Assembly: GCA_012295275.1 (NCBI GenBank)
Contig: CM022670.1
Span: 19,344,001-19,408,000 of the forward strand
Direction of reading: 5' to 3'
Origin: Chrysomallon squamiferum
Lineage: Eukaryota; Animalia; Mollusca
DNA: 64,000 nt
The stretch's first letter is position 1; the number at the start of each line of letters is the position of its first letter. Under the pieces are notes generated by a model. The model ran no database searches and was not told the origin of the DNA. It saw only the letters and a list, made by a program, of their open reading frames with translations. Of the stretch, positions 1 through 14,230 are shown piece by piece. The position numbers and the translations under genes are program-made.

Positions 1-71
1 GTTTTTATTTTTTTAATATTTAAATTTTATTACAGACTTCATTTATAATTTTTGTTTGTTTTTAAATGAAG

Positions 72-3000
72 GTCCTGGAATATATCAAGTAGTCAAGTGT
101 GGATCATTTGGACATAACATCCGAAGCAAACCAAGTCTAAAGTCTACACCAATAGGCATGATCACCCTTAACAAGAAGGTGTATGCAACAGAGGATGTAA
201 GAATATATTTGTGTAATGAAGAAAATGTATATAGCAAAATTTTTTTTAAATTATAGGATATGAAATAAGAATAGAAATATTAATGATTCCAAATAAAATA
301 CAAAGAAAAAAATTAAGTTCCTTAAAATAGTTTTATTTACAGAAATAAATATATAGAATTTATATTGATAAATTATGTGTTTATCAATTTTATGTGTTGT
401 TAAAACAAGCAATACATAACTTTTCACTCTACTGACATTTGCATTACAGGTTACAAATGCTGATGGAACGTGGATAAAACTGGACACAGAAAGCATAGAG
501 GAGTACTGTGATTCTGCTGTTTCAGAGGCATGGACATTGTGTATGAGCAAAGACCACATTTATTACCTGCAGCACGAAAGTGATTTGGGTCTTGGAGGCA
601 GGGATCCATTTTCTTTCAGCACATTGCCATCCACAAGCACCAGAGGATTTGATTTCTCAGCAGCACATCATCACCAGTCAGCAGTGTTTCCTTCTTTTGG
701 AGAGAAAAATGAAGGTTAGTATTTCTGTTTGTTTCTTTCAAAAATCTAATTAAAAAAAATGGAAGTGTCTAAAATTTGAATTATGTGATTTTGTTGGATA
801 AAATAAAACTGATTGAAACTTCAACAAGGATGAATTTTTAAAACCTGACTTTAAAGATTAGTAGAAGAGACCATGGATTTCTGAATATAGTGTGTAAATG
901 AAGACAACAATTTTGGAGCAAACAATAAAAAAATGAAGGCATGGAAGAGGCTACTGTTGGCAAAACCTTAGACTTATATGGTATCTGTTGAAATTAAAAC
1001 ATTCTAATTACAATTTTATTTCTTAGTTTCTTGGATTGTTTATTGACAAAAATGGATTTATGATCATTAATAAAATAAAGCCATTCAGTAGGTGTATAAT
1101 CTTGGAAAGCTTAAAATATAAAAGTTTTAAAATAAGACACATTGACTTGATGATAAAGTGGTTTTATTGAAAGACCATTGTAATGGATGTATTTATTTCC
1201 AGTATTTACAGATGATGACCACCCAGAAGGTAATATGCTGCTGTGATTTTTCAATAATTTCATGATGAAAAAAACAGCATCATAATTAATTTATTTCCAC
1301 AGTAACATATATTCACAGTTAATATAAACTGAACTCATTATATATTACATTTTATGTTTATTTAGTTTGCAGCATGTGCCTCTCAGTATAAAGTGAATTC
1401 TGTTTGGTTATGGTTATCAAAATCTCTAATATTTTTAGTAAGAAATAAAATTCATAAAGTTAAAAATTCCAGTGAAGCTTTGAATAAAGTCTGTCTGTGC
1501 CTGTGTATCTTGTTCATTATTTGTACATTTTTATTCTTTCTCTGTTTCTCTGAAAAACTGAAACTGATACATACCATACCTACCTATTTTACAGAATAGT
1601 ATGAAATAAAAATTAATGAAGATAACTATTGCCATAAGAGTAGCATTAAAGAATAAAATCAAAAAAAAAAATGTTAAAATCAACAAATGATTATTTTTTT
1701 CATAATGAAATGGTAGTTTTTTTTAGTTTTACTTGTATATTGCAAATTGTTTATTTTCATGGGGTAAATTGGGGATAGGTGGGTATATGGATCTTAACAT
1801 CTGTATTGTCACTAAAATGGCTATATATGACTTGTAATATGTTTAATGTAATACATAACACATTATAGCTTAAACAAACTGAGTACATTATAACTTAGTT
1901 ACTTTATTTTATAACAGCAGTAATAAATACATATATAGTTTTCAGTAAACCTTAATGAAAGTAACATTTTTCTCATATTTTATTGACCCCTTTCCCCAAT
2001 AATAAACCCAAGAAAAACAACAAAAAACAAATGCTCCAAACTAAACAAAACAAAGATACATTTTATTGCACAGGTTAATAAGTGATAATCAAATAACAGC
2101 ACTTGAACCTGGTTGCAGTGTTTTGTGTTTTTATCTCCAGGTTTTGGTCGAAGTGCAAGCATGCCTTCGTACGGTTTTCTCTTTGGGCATCCAGGTAAAT
2201 CATTCTGTGTGTTTGAACAGCATAATTTAATCCTTGCACTATATTGGAATATTTGTTATTTTTCCTTTCTGCTTTGTTTTTAATGCATGTCATCATCTCA
2301 TTCATTTTTGGAATACCCAGGTTGAAATACAGCATGTTGTGTTTACTTTTCTGATTAGTACATTCATTAAAGACTGTTTGTTGTTTGAATTGTTACACAT
2401 TAGTATATATTTTTGGATGAATTTTTTAAATATTGTTATCTTAGAATTAATTAGCATTTGAAAATATTTTCAACTGAATGAAATCAGAATGATTATACTT
2501 TCCAGATGTTATCTTAGAATAAATTATGGTTTTAAAAATATTTTTGAATGTATTATTAGAGATATATTATTTAAAATTAGGAATTTTGTGATGTTATGTT
2601 GGAATAAATTATTAGGATTTGAAAATGTTAATATTTAGTATGAATTACTTGATATTACCTTAGAATGTATTACTAAGTAGTTTGAAATTTTATCTTAGAA
2701 TTAGTAATCAGGAATTTGAAAACATTTACAGACAGATAACAGTGCAGTGGGCTGAATCCTAAATTGTTTATTATACATGTATTTCATGTTTAGTCACTTT
2801 TAAAGTTTTAATATTTTGGATTTAAAAAAAAAAAGATTATAATAATATACTTCGTTTTATATAACTTAAAAAGTTTAACCAGAGAAAATATTTATAGTTT
2901 AGATAAATCAGCAATTTTAATTACAATTCTTCACCTGGGTATGTCTTAATAGTAGGTAAACACAGAGACAAACTGTAAACAAAAAGTATCTTTATAATTT

Positions 3001-4042
3001 CTGTTGATAAATACTTTTTGATCATTCTTTTCTTTACCTTTAAATATGTTTGGTGAATATTCCTAAAATCGCCTATTGCATTAACTCTTTCATTTCTATT
3101 CTTTCTCTTTCTAAAACTACTGCTAATTTAATTAATAATAATTACATTGCCATAATTTTGGACATCATAAAATCCTCATCATTATATTACACTTAACTAC
3201 AGTAATACGTTTATAAAAAAGTGGTACACATGAGAGTAGTTATTTCGTAACAGTTTTTATTTAAAAATAATAATAATAATAAATTAAACTAAATGTCTAA
3301 AAATGTTTAGTTCCCTACATTATATAAATCGTCCATGGAAAAATGTCAAACATTGCAAATAATAATATATTTGTGACCATTGCTTTTAGCTTAAAAAGAA
3401 GACTATATATATATATATGTATATGTATGTATTTTTTATTTTTTATTTTTGTTTTTTGTTGGGTTGGATGTTTGAATTAATTACTGTTTTGCTTCAACCT
3501 TTATTGCTGTTCAAGCTTATGTTATCTTATAATTTTTGTAAATTCCTTTTTTTTTTCAGAAAATATAAAATTATTTTGGTTATGTCACATACATGTACAC
3601 AGAATAACGTTTTTTTTTTTTCAGTAAATATTTCAGAATTATCTGATTAATTAATTAGATACACATTAAAATGGAGATTAATTTGGTGGATCTGAGAAGA
3701 AATCTTTTTTTGATTTTTATTTCTTAGATTGTGAACATAAAAATCTGTTATACCAAAAGTATATATCTTTGTAACAGTTTGTTATTACTGTTGCATATGG
3801 TCCAGTTTACAAAATGCCAAAACTAAAATTTTTGTTTTATTATAAAATTTAATAATTTTCTTTTGTCTTTTTATTTTGCACAATTTACTTGCACATTATT
3901 TAGATACTATAATCAGTATTATGTCTGTTTCTTCTATTTTCTTTAGTCAAATTCACATTTAGACAAAATATTTTCCATCTGTTAAAAATAATTTTCTTTT
4001 TTAAAAAACTTTCAATTTTTGTTGTAAAAAATATTAAAAAAT

Positions 4043-4094
<52 letters not shown>

Positions 4095-5662
4095 CTTTTA
4101 TTATAATATTCATCAGGTGTGTATCAAAGTATTTTATTATTATTAACAGAAAATATTCTTATTTTTTTTTAACTTAATTACATATTTCTATTTCTTTCCT
4201 TTTTGCAATATATTTTGTGTTTCCAAATTGTCAGACTGAAAATATTTTCTAAAATCAATCAATCATTGCTCTCCAATAAATAGAATACTATCTTATTTTA
4301 GCTGCATTTAATTTATATATAGCTTTTTAAATAAAATTATTAAAAAAAAGAGGCAAATCTAAATTATCATTTATAGTAATGTTTGTGATTCTAGGTGCTG
4401 CATCAAGTGTTCCTGTGTTTGGCCAGGAATCAATGGGTGCCACAGCCAGCCCATTCATTATCCCTTCTATGCCTGTTACTGGAGCATCTGGACCTTTTAC
4501 ATCCACACCAATGATTGAACGATGGGTGCAACCAGCCCCAGAAAGACGGGCCTCTCAACCAATAGCATCAAAACCAATCCCTTCAAAATCCATAGACAGA
4601 CGCCAATCTCAGCCAGCTTATTTAGAAAGACAAGCAGTTGATCTGGGAATGCTGAAGGGAGTAGGGAAAGACAAAGAAATACCACCAGAACTGCTAGGAG
4701 TGTCTGTCAGAGAACTTGTTAATGCTTTAGGTAAATGGGGGATTTAAGTTTTGTAACAATTATTTTGGGAAAAAAAATTTAGTATTTATTTTCAGCATGT
4801 TTTCTAAGTAACACCTGTTTAGGATCCATTTTTATCAAGTTTATTTCTAACAGACCTAGTTGCTTTTTTTAATCAAAACTTACATTTCTTCCTTTTCAGT
4901 TATAACTTCATAATATAGCTGCTTGTTAACATTGTTTTCATTTTTATCATTCATTGTTCAGAAAATCAGTATGAACAAAAAATTACATTAGAATGGACAT
5001 AAGAATGATGCTTTATGTTTAACATATTTAAAAAAAAAAATATAGGTTTGGCCATAAACATCCAATTAAAAAAAAGGATATTATTTAAAATTGTTTATAG
5101 CCATTTATTGTTTCAAGATCTTTTAATACTACTACTACTAATAACAATAAGTAAGACAACAGCTGTAATAATAACAATGATGTTGTCCCAAAAATGCAGT
5201 TGGTGTGTCTGTTTTGTTAAAATGTTCATGTTGTTACATTCCACAAAATGTACAAGTTAGACAAAATTTATTAGCATCCCATTTTGTAGTAACAGACATA
5301 ATAACAGTTTTTCTCTGTCAACAGAAATTATTTAAAATGAAACTGTCCTTTTTGTAATAACATAAATTTGTTTTCCCTTTTCACAACACCATTTCCCATG
5401 ATGAATAGGTTTTATCTGAACACTTCGTTAGAAATAAAAACAGAAACAAAAACGTAATCATTGTTCTTTTTGCATTGTTTTAAAAGAACAACACTTTAAT
5501 CTCATCATCAGTAAACATTTCACAGATCATAATCTTCCATGTTTTAAATCATCAGTCTCATCCTAGTGGTTTGGTTTGGGCCGTTTGTTTTTGGCATTCT
5601 TTTGCTCTTTTGCTTAATGTTTCTTTTTCTCATTAATGCACCAAGCCACATTTTTTTACATT

Positions 5663-5705
<43 letters not shown>

Positions 5706-8700
5706 GTGTGCTTGCTTACTGCTGCAGCAGACAAAGTTAAACCTGGTGAGCCTTTAAGAATTGCTGGTAGATTGTGGAACAAGGATGGTAAACATATGGA
5801 TCGATGCACAAATCACTTGTTTCGCTATCAAATACGTGCAGTTAGTCCCAAACGACTAGCTTCCCTTATTGGTAAGATGGTTGTTGTGAGCACAGTCTCT
5901 TTTTGACAGTTTCCCTGTTGTCTCTCTATTGGTTGTAAAAAAATATTTATAAACTGAAATGACAACATCAAAGTGGGCTTTTTATAGTCAAATATCCCAT
6001 TACATTTTAAAAAAAATAAAAAATAAAACATTTGTTTATAAAATGGAATTACTAGAAATAATTTAAAAAAAAAAAAGAGGAGAAATTAGTTAAAAAACTG
6101 CTTATTTTTATAATTTTTTTCATTGGATTGTTTAATATCTTTCATAGAATTTTTTTTTTTTTACCTGATCATTTTTTAAATCTTATTTCCAGTTTATGCA
6201 AGGTCTTAGTTAAAATAATCATAGAGCAACCTGAATTAAATAAATAAATAATATTGTAACCTTATTTAGCAGTGCTATTCTACATCACATATTTAATAAT
6301 TGCTTTTGCTAGGCCGAGTTTCTGCAGTATTTTTCTTTACATCACTATCATCAGCCATATTATTTATGTATTAACATCAATTTCTTCATTCCTAGATGTA
6401 TCTTCTTGATTTCTGATGCTCACCAGTTAAATGATTTATATATATATTTTATTGTTATTCATTGATTCATTCATTCAGACAGTTAGTCAGTCTATCTGTC
6501 AGTCAGTCAGTCATTTGGTCATTTCTATCAATTTAGTGATAACATTTTGGTATTGTCTATCCATCGTTCTTTGCATGGAAGTGTTGTGAATCTGTACGAA
6601 TTGTCCTTAACAACAGTTAACAATATATAGTGAAATGCTTTGCTTTTGCTGTAATTACAGATATTTAGTATCTTCTTTGCCTTAATTATCATTAATTTGC
6701 TTTCAGCTTTTGCTCTTGTATAGATACTTATGTTTATAAATCTCCATTTACATATCTTTTAATTTGTTGTATTATTTAATATACTTTTGTGTCATATATT
6801 TTATATTCACAGTATACTGGATTGATACCTGTAATTTTTTTTTTATCTCAGTATTTGATTATTATTATTAATTTAAAAATCAGTATTTTTAGTTTATATA
6901 TTTTATTCTTTATTTGATTAAGTTATTTATTTAGAAGAATATTAAGTTAAACATTATAATAAGAAATGAAAATACTGAATCACACTCACAGTCATTTAAA
7001 AATAATTTTTTTGCCAAATGTATGATGTTTCTGTCAGTGAACATGAAAATTACATCTAACTGACCAAATTATTGTGACTTAGTTGAAATTATCAAAATTA
7101 ATAAAAGAAATTAGATTTATCCAAAAGAATTTCTTGATGTTTATATTGTAGAAAATTATATTTGGATTTAAACTGGCAGATTTTTATCCTGTTGTCATGC
7201 ATTTTTTATCTACTCTGTTAAACATCTGCAAGAATTATGGCTAACTTGGTTCAGATACTCTTTCATTTGCTCTGTTTTGCAATGATTGTTGTTTTTGGGG
7301 GTTTTACAGGTGAAAGTAGAGCAAATGGCAATGGCCCAACACCAAACCCATCACCTCCAGGATCCCCAAGACAGAGCTCACGAAGCAACAGTCCTAAAGC
7401 TTCTAGTGATTCAGGTACTTAGTTTGAAATAATAATATCATCATTTAATTTAACGGAAACTAAATATATTACATCTTTTCAGGGAGAAAGAAAGGCTGTT
7501 ATTAAATATATGAAATGCTTCTTTGAAATCATTTGATGTTTTATTGCAAAACTCATTCCATGTGTTTGTTCATTTATTTTTTCAATTCATTCATTCACTT
7601 ACTTGTAGGTTCAAGATCCGGATCACCAGCAACAAGAGGTGAACGAGATAGTCCTCACCATCGAAGTACAGTCCAACGAGACCATGAAGAAACCTTCAAA
7701 ACACCACCTAGCAGTCCTATACCATTTAGAAGTAGACTTCACAAAGAACCTTCCTTTGAAACTACATCACTATCACCACCTAGAACCCCACCCTCTGGAC
7801 GTAAAGATCTGTCTCAAGTGAAAAGATCTTCATCACCTGGAGTTCCATCTGCATCTCCAGCAGGATCAGGTTCAGCAAGTCCCAGATACGCTTCACCAGC
7901 CAGAAGTGGAAGGTAAATGATTGTAGTTATCTTAAAATTTTAAATATATTTACAAGCAACAAATGAGATGTAATTGGCTAAAAATAACTCAGTAAAATTT
8001 CATTTGTATAGATTTAAAATTCTTGCAAATTATGTGTAGACAGAAAACGCCAATAAACAGAACACCAATGATTGAATAAATTGAACGGAATTACTCATTT
8101 TATAACATATAATGTAATAAATTGTTATTTAAGACATTAATATTTGTAAAAAAAAAAAAAAAAAAAAAAATTTTGAAAATGAGTTGTGCATCAGTTAACA
8201 TAATCTAAAGAAGATGCATGAAATTATTTATTTAACTTGTCAAATATTTAAGATTTTCAGAAATCTAAAATAAAACACATAATAAATGCAACAAAAATAT
8301 TTATTTACTATAATAAATGAATAAAATGATTGTGTTATATCAGTCCTCAGTTTCGAGGTTCCAACAGTTGTTTACAGTTGGGAGCAACAGCTTCAAGCAT
8401 AAGATCATCAAGTCCTTCACAGCTGATGGGTGCTTTCAGCATTGGCTCATCTCCTCCTAAAGATGAAACAATCAGGTAAACATCTATATCATAAGACTGT
8501 TTTGATTTCATTTGTATTTATGTCTTTTTGGATTGCTTTACTGCTTTAAAGTGAATATTAAGTTGATATTTTTGTCAAATATTTCATAGAATTTATATGA
8601 AACTATTGAATTTTCAAGGTTTATCACAAATCTCGGATATTTGTATTCTATGAGACAAAAATTTTAAATGTTTAAAATTATTTAATTTTTATATTAATTA

Positions 8701-11700
8701 ATATTTGCATCATTGAAATAAAGGTCAGTTTAGTCATTTACATATTAATATGAAAAATGAAGTCTTCATCTTGTGATAAATATGCAACTTTAAAGACTTG
8801 ATGTTAAATTAATATATCTACCTATAGTTATATGTTACTAAAATTGACTAATTCTTTTTACAGATTATCACCAAAGGCAAACAGAAAAGATAGAGGTCGT
8901 CAGTTAAGGTCTAAACGTGAAAGGGCATCTTCACCATCTCTCAGAGACACAGCCTTTGTTTCCAGACAACAATCTGCTTCAGCCTCTGTTATTCTTGACC
9001 AGCCACGAGAACCAGTAAAGGAGGCCCTTTCTCCTTCAGTAGCTGAATGTCTTAGAGCTGTTTTTGCAGCCTTTATGTGGCATGAAGGAATTGTACATGA
9101 TGCTATGGCTTGTGCCTCTTTCCTCAAATTTCATCCAGACTTGACAAAAGAAATGTCCAAATTTGTCAAAAATAAGGATCATGAAAAAGTTAGAATGAGA
9201 CATGCAACAGAATCAAGTAAAGGTTCTTCAAGGGATAAAAGAAAAGAGAATATGAATGAAAGTAGAGTTCGATTTAATCTTGAGCCACAAGTAAAGGATC
9301 TTGACATTGGTGAAAGGTCAGCAGCACAATCTAGACCTCCTATAGCTCGCCACAAGTCTGAAGGGAATGAAAAATGGACTCCAGAATTCTGTCAGAAGTT
9401 GAAGGATGATGCTGAAGTAGCTAAGGAGACTCAGCTGCCTCCAACTCTTCAGCATTTGGTTTATTTCTGGGAAGAACTGTCAACCTCAGTTATAAGAGTA
9501 ATAGACCAAGAGTTAATTCTTCCAAGTCCAGCTGTTGCAGCAAAGGTGAAGAAAGTGGAAAAGAAAGACAAAGAAAAGGATAAAGAAAAGAAATTCAAGA
9601 AAAGAAAAGATCAGAAATCTATGGCCAAAGGACATATGTTTGCTGAAGCTGTGGCAGGTATGTTTGGAGGAGCTGTAATTGGAGTTGGAGGAGGTGAAAG
9701 GGAAGCCATATGTGAACTGTGTGGTGGATCCTTTCCACATCCTGTGACATACCATATGCGCAGTGTCCATCCAGGATGTGGAAAACATGCCTGTGGTAAA
9801 GGTTACAACAGTGGAGGTAACTTTTGTGGAGGTTGGGCTGGCAACTGTGGTGAGGGAGGCATAGGAGGGAGCAGTTGGTATTTAATGTGTGATGTATGCA
9901 GAGACAAATACCTGAAAGAGAAACGCCAGTCTGAAAAACTCAAGGACAAAGTGAAGAAGTTGAAGAAAAGAAGTATTCTGTCAAAACAGCAGACTATGAT
10001 GTCACCACTGGAACCACATGTCATACTTAAAAACAATGCCATGTTTCTGCTGGATATGGCCAGTGCTTCTGGTTTCACTTTGCCAAAACATCACAAGAGA
10101 CATATTCTAATGAGATCAGACATTGGACTTCCCAGTGTCAGTGAAAATGCTGGCTCTGATATGGAATCTTTCCCACCAGTACCATTCCAATACCTGATTC
10201 AGCATAATGCTCAGAATGCAGATTCTGCTTTTGCTGAGGACATTTTCATAGATGATGATGATCGTGTGTTTGTAAGGTCAGGGTCAATGTCGATGGCTCA
10301 AAGACGGGTTATATATCGACCCCGCCTTCCGACTGAGCCTAGACACAGTCCTTTGGCACGGTCAGGATCTCTTGGGCAAGATGTCAGATCATTTTCACAG
10401 TTCTCATCAACAGGATCTCAGGTAAATAAAATTATATTTGTTTGTTTGGCATGTATTTGCGTTATTTTTTAATCATTATTTTGGTTTTGTAGATTTTCTG
10501 TTTATAGCATAATAGACAAAGAAAAAGTCAAATAAATACAGTGATTATAAAAATTAAGCTTACAAAAGTTATGAATAATTTCAGTTTTGTAAATAATTAT
10601 TGTTAATATAATTTTATTGCAGTGATAGTTTTTTCTTTCATGATAGTGGAATGAATTGACAATGGTATAGTTACTAACTAAAAATTACTGATTAATTTTT
10701 TGTAACAAGTAATTATAAAATACAATTTATTTTAATTTATTTGTTTCTGATTTGCATGAATACATAATTTTTCTTGATAAACAAATAAGCTTCACAGTTG
10801 TTTTATTGTTATAGGAACATAGTATTATTGTTGTGCCTGAAAGCAGAGTTGTGACAAAAAGTGCAGGCACAAGTCCTGAGTTTGAACAGGAGCAGTTCAA
10901 GAAGACTATATTCCAGCGCAGTGTGTCAGAAATTACTTCAGAAGAAGAGAACAGTCAGAGTACTGCAAACAGATCTCTGTCCAGACGAAGAAACAACAGT
11001 GGTGGAGTGTCAGGTGAGTGAAGAATGTCTGGCATACAGGAAAATTGTTTTACTTGTGGTAGTTTTAACAATTAGTAACCTAAAGACATTATGGTATACA
11101 TTAAAATCAGTGTTTCATAATAATAAAGAACAACATTAAAATAAAAAGACCTTCTGGAAGCTGCCGTATTATCTTCTTTCTCTTATATTCATGACATATT
11201 CACAGAATTTTAAAAAGTCTCAGTATACCGACATCTAAATAATAATGATTTATCATGGTGAATAAATCAGTTTTTTCAGTTTATCATTTCTGTATACATT
11301 GTTGTCATATGTGATTATGTAAGAATGGATGGATATTGATAGCATCAGTATAACTGTGCAATATATTAATGATTACAACATACAAAATTGTTTCCTAATC
11401 TAAAATAATAATTTTAGATGGGGGAATGTCACTTCTCAAACACCCATCGGCAGCCATGACAAAGTTGATCTCATCTGTTGATCGACATTCAGAAAATGGA
11501 GAGCGCGCACTACAACGGCCTGTTATGGAATTTATAATTCAGCGTCATGATTTGGATAATCTTCAGCTGGCAATGAGACAAGCATTGAGAAAAGCGGCTT
11601 GTCGGGTCTTTGCTATGCAGGTTTGTAGAAATATTTAAAATACGAATGAAATATTGCATAATATTTAAATAAGAATAAATATCAGCTTTTTGCAACTCTT

Positions 11701-13407
11701 AATAGTATGAATTTTTAATATAATATTCATTTTGTTTCTTCTTCTACTCTTTTCTCTTTCTTTCTTTCAGTTATTCAGTGTAAAATTAATCTAATTTTCA
11801 CTATCAAATTCATCGCAGGCTGAAGATTTTATTAAATTAAAACTATCAGATTTCAACTAACTAAAATATGTGTTAACGCATCTGTTAAAATCAATTAAAA
11901 ACCTTTTTTGCTTTAAAGAGAATTAATTTTATTATATAACTAAATATGTTATAACTGATTATATCGCATTAATATATCTCCTCTTTTATTAATAAGTGTG
12001 TTAGTTTTCTCTCTCTACATATATGGTAAAAGCAATCACTAATTAGATTTGATAATATTGTTCTCTCTTTCATGAAGGCATTCAACTGGCTGATGAGAAG
12101 TGTTGTCCAGCAGGTTTGCATGCATGATCTGCTTTGGTTCTTTGTTGCTGCACTGAGACCTTTACCTGAAGAAGAAGATGAAGAAGACAAAGAAGACCAA
12201 CAGAAAGAGAAACAGAAAGATGTCAAGAAGGATGTTGAAGTAAGAAATAATTTGAATGTACATGGTGGCTGTAAAAACAAATAGCCTAATAGTATTCTTT
12301 AAATTATCATTTCTTTCGTTCTTGTGAGTACTTACCTAATTTTCTTTATATTTGTTTGTGTTTAATAACTAATAGGAATAACTATAAATGTTTGAGACTG
12401 TCTTCAGTACATTAACATATGTTAGTTTTATGTTATGATCATATAAGTATATTTATTTTCTCTTTTTGTACAACAGTACTGTTTTGCAACATTACTTAAT
12501 TTTTGGTGCATTAATAGCAATGATTTTAATTATAGGATCTTCCCTTGTGTGAACATCCATTGGCAGACATCAGTATTGCAGGGAAGGCAGTAGCACCTCT
12601 ACCAGAAATGTTTCACACTTTGCTACAAACCATCTCTGATGTGATGATGTATTTGCCTGCTAGTACAGCACTACAGGTTTGTAGATGTTATTTAATTTAT
12701 AAATTAAAGTTATTATTAGAAGTATTTTGTGGTATATCTGTCATTATATAATGTAATTATTACTTTTATTATTTTATATACTAACTAAACCAAATGAAAA
12801 AACAAGACAAACAGATCAGTGTAAGTGTAATATGACCATTGTTGTAAAGTATAACATAAATTAAAATACAAAACAATACATTTTCTTTAGCTTTATTAGA
12901 TTCTTTTCACTTTACTTAACTGTAAGCCACTATTTTGATTAAAACAAAGTATTTTGTTCTTACATTCTTTCAGCAAATGGCTGTTTGCTGTTACTGTATG
13001 CGATTCCAGCAACATGACCACCAGTTTCTTCATGAGAGCCATGTCTTCAGCAATATCAGCCGCATCCTCAGCAAATCAGATGAGGAATCTGAAGAAATTA
13101 GTCTTGATGCTTCACAGGTATGCTGCTATTATAAATTTTCTCCAAAAGTTTGACCTGTGATATTATTAATGTAGTGTTGAGAAACATTTTATTTCCTTTG
13201 GGTTTGGATTATCATTAAGGAATTAGAATCTAGGGTCAAGATGTTAAAGGTCACAGTATCAGTCCTCACATTTCCCATTCTATATGGTGCCAAGCAACTG
13301 GTTTTGTTTAGCTTGTGGGATAAAGATCCCTTGTTATTAACTGAAAAAGAATATTCTCTTGTATTGTAGGAGTATGTTGCCTTTCCCATTATTTGCATGA
13401 TCTTTGA

Positions 13408-13452
<45 letters not shown>

Positions 13453-14199
13453 GTAACTACAGATTAAATTGCTAGATAAGATGTTTTAATTTGTTTATAT
13501 TGTTTATAATGTACTTACATGCTTACTGTATCATTAGTGTTTTATCAGTCTCCTATATTGAGTAATAAATTAGTTTTTATGTTATATTATTCTTGAGTCT
13601 TTATTCATTTATTTTTTTCACTTGTTTTATATTTCTGATAAAACTAAATATTTTGTTACAAAAAATGTTTGGTACTAAAGTTACATATTACTCATAATTT
13701 ATTTTATTTATTAACAATTACTTGCACGCCAAAACTTTTTTTTACTGATATTTGACTTAATTAATTTTTATGTTTATCTTCTACCACTGAGTGATGTTGC
13801 AGATTAATGATAACATAAAAGCTGATGTTATGATACATAAACTCTTAATGCACAGGACATTTTAAAATTGTAATAATGTTATTATCCAGTGTTATCAATT
13901 CAGGTGAAACATGTAAAAGATAAACATAGGGTGAGTGAACTGGACATTGCTTTTTGGCAATTACATTAAATTTATTTGCCTTTATGACTTCATTATTAAT
14001 TTTTATTTTTTTTCTTTGAATTTTTTCTTTCTTTGTCAGATCCATGGTAAATCCCATTTCTGTTCTTAAGAATCATTTGAATTCATTTTATTTGACTTTT
14101 ATTTTTATTTATTATTAAAATTAAAATGTACATTAAATAATTCTTATCTGTAAATTGTTCCTATATTTTAAAGATGGAATAATTAAACAAAGCTGCTAA

Positions 14200-14230
<31 letters not shown>

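Noticed and set aside
8900-10078. Antisense ORFs over the large MYCBP2 exon (also 22279-22605 and 41373-41618)
   Set aside because: Shadows of the sense coding sequence.
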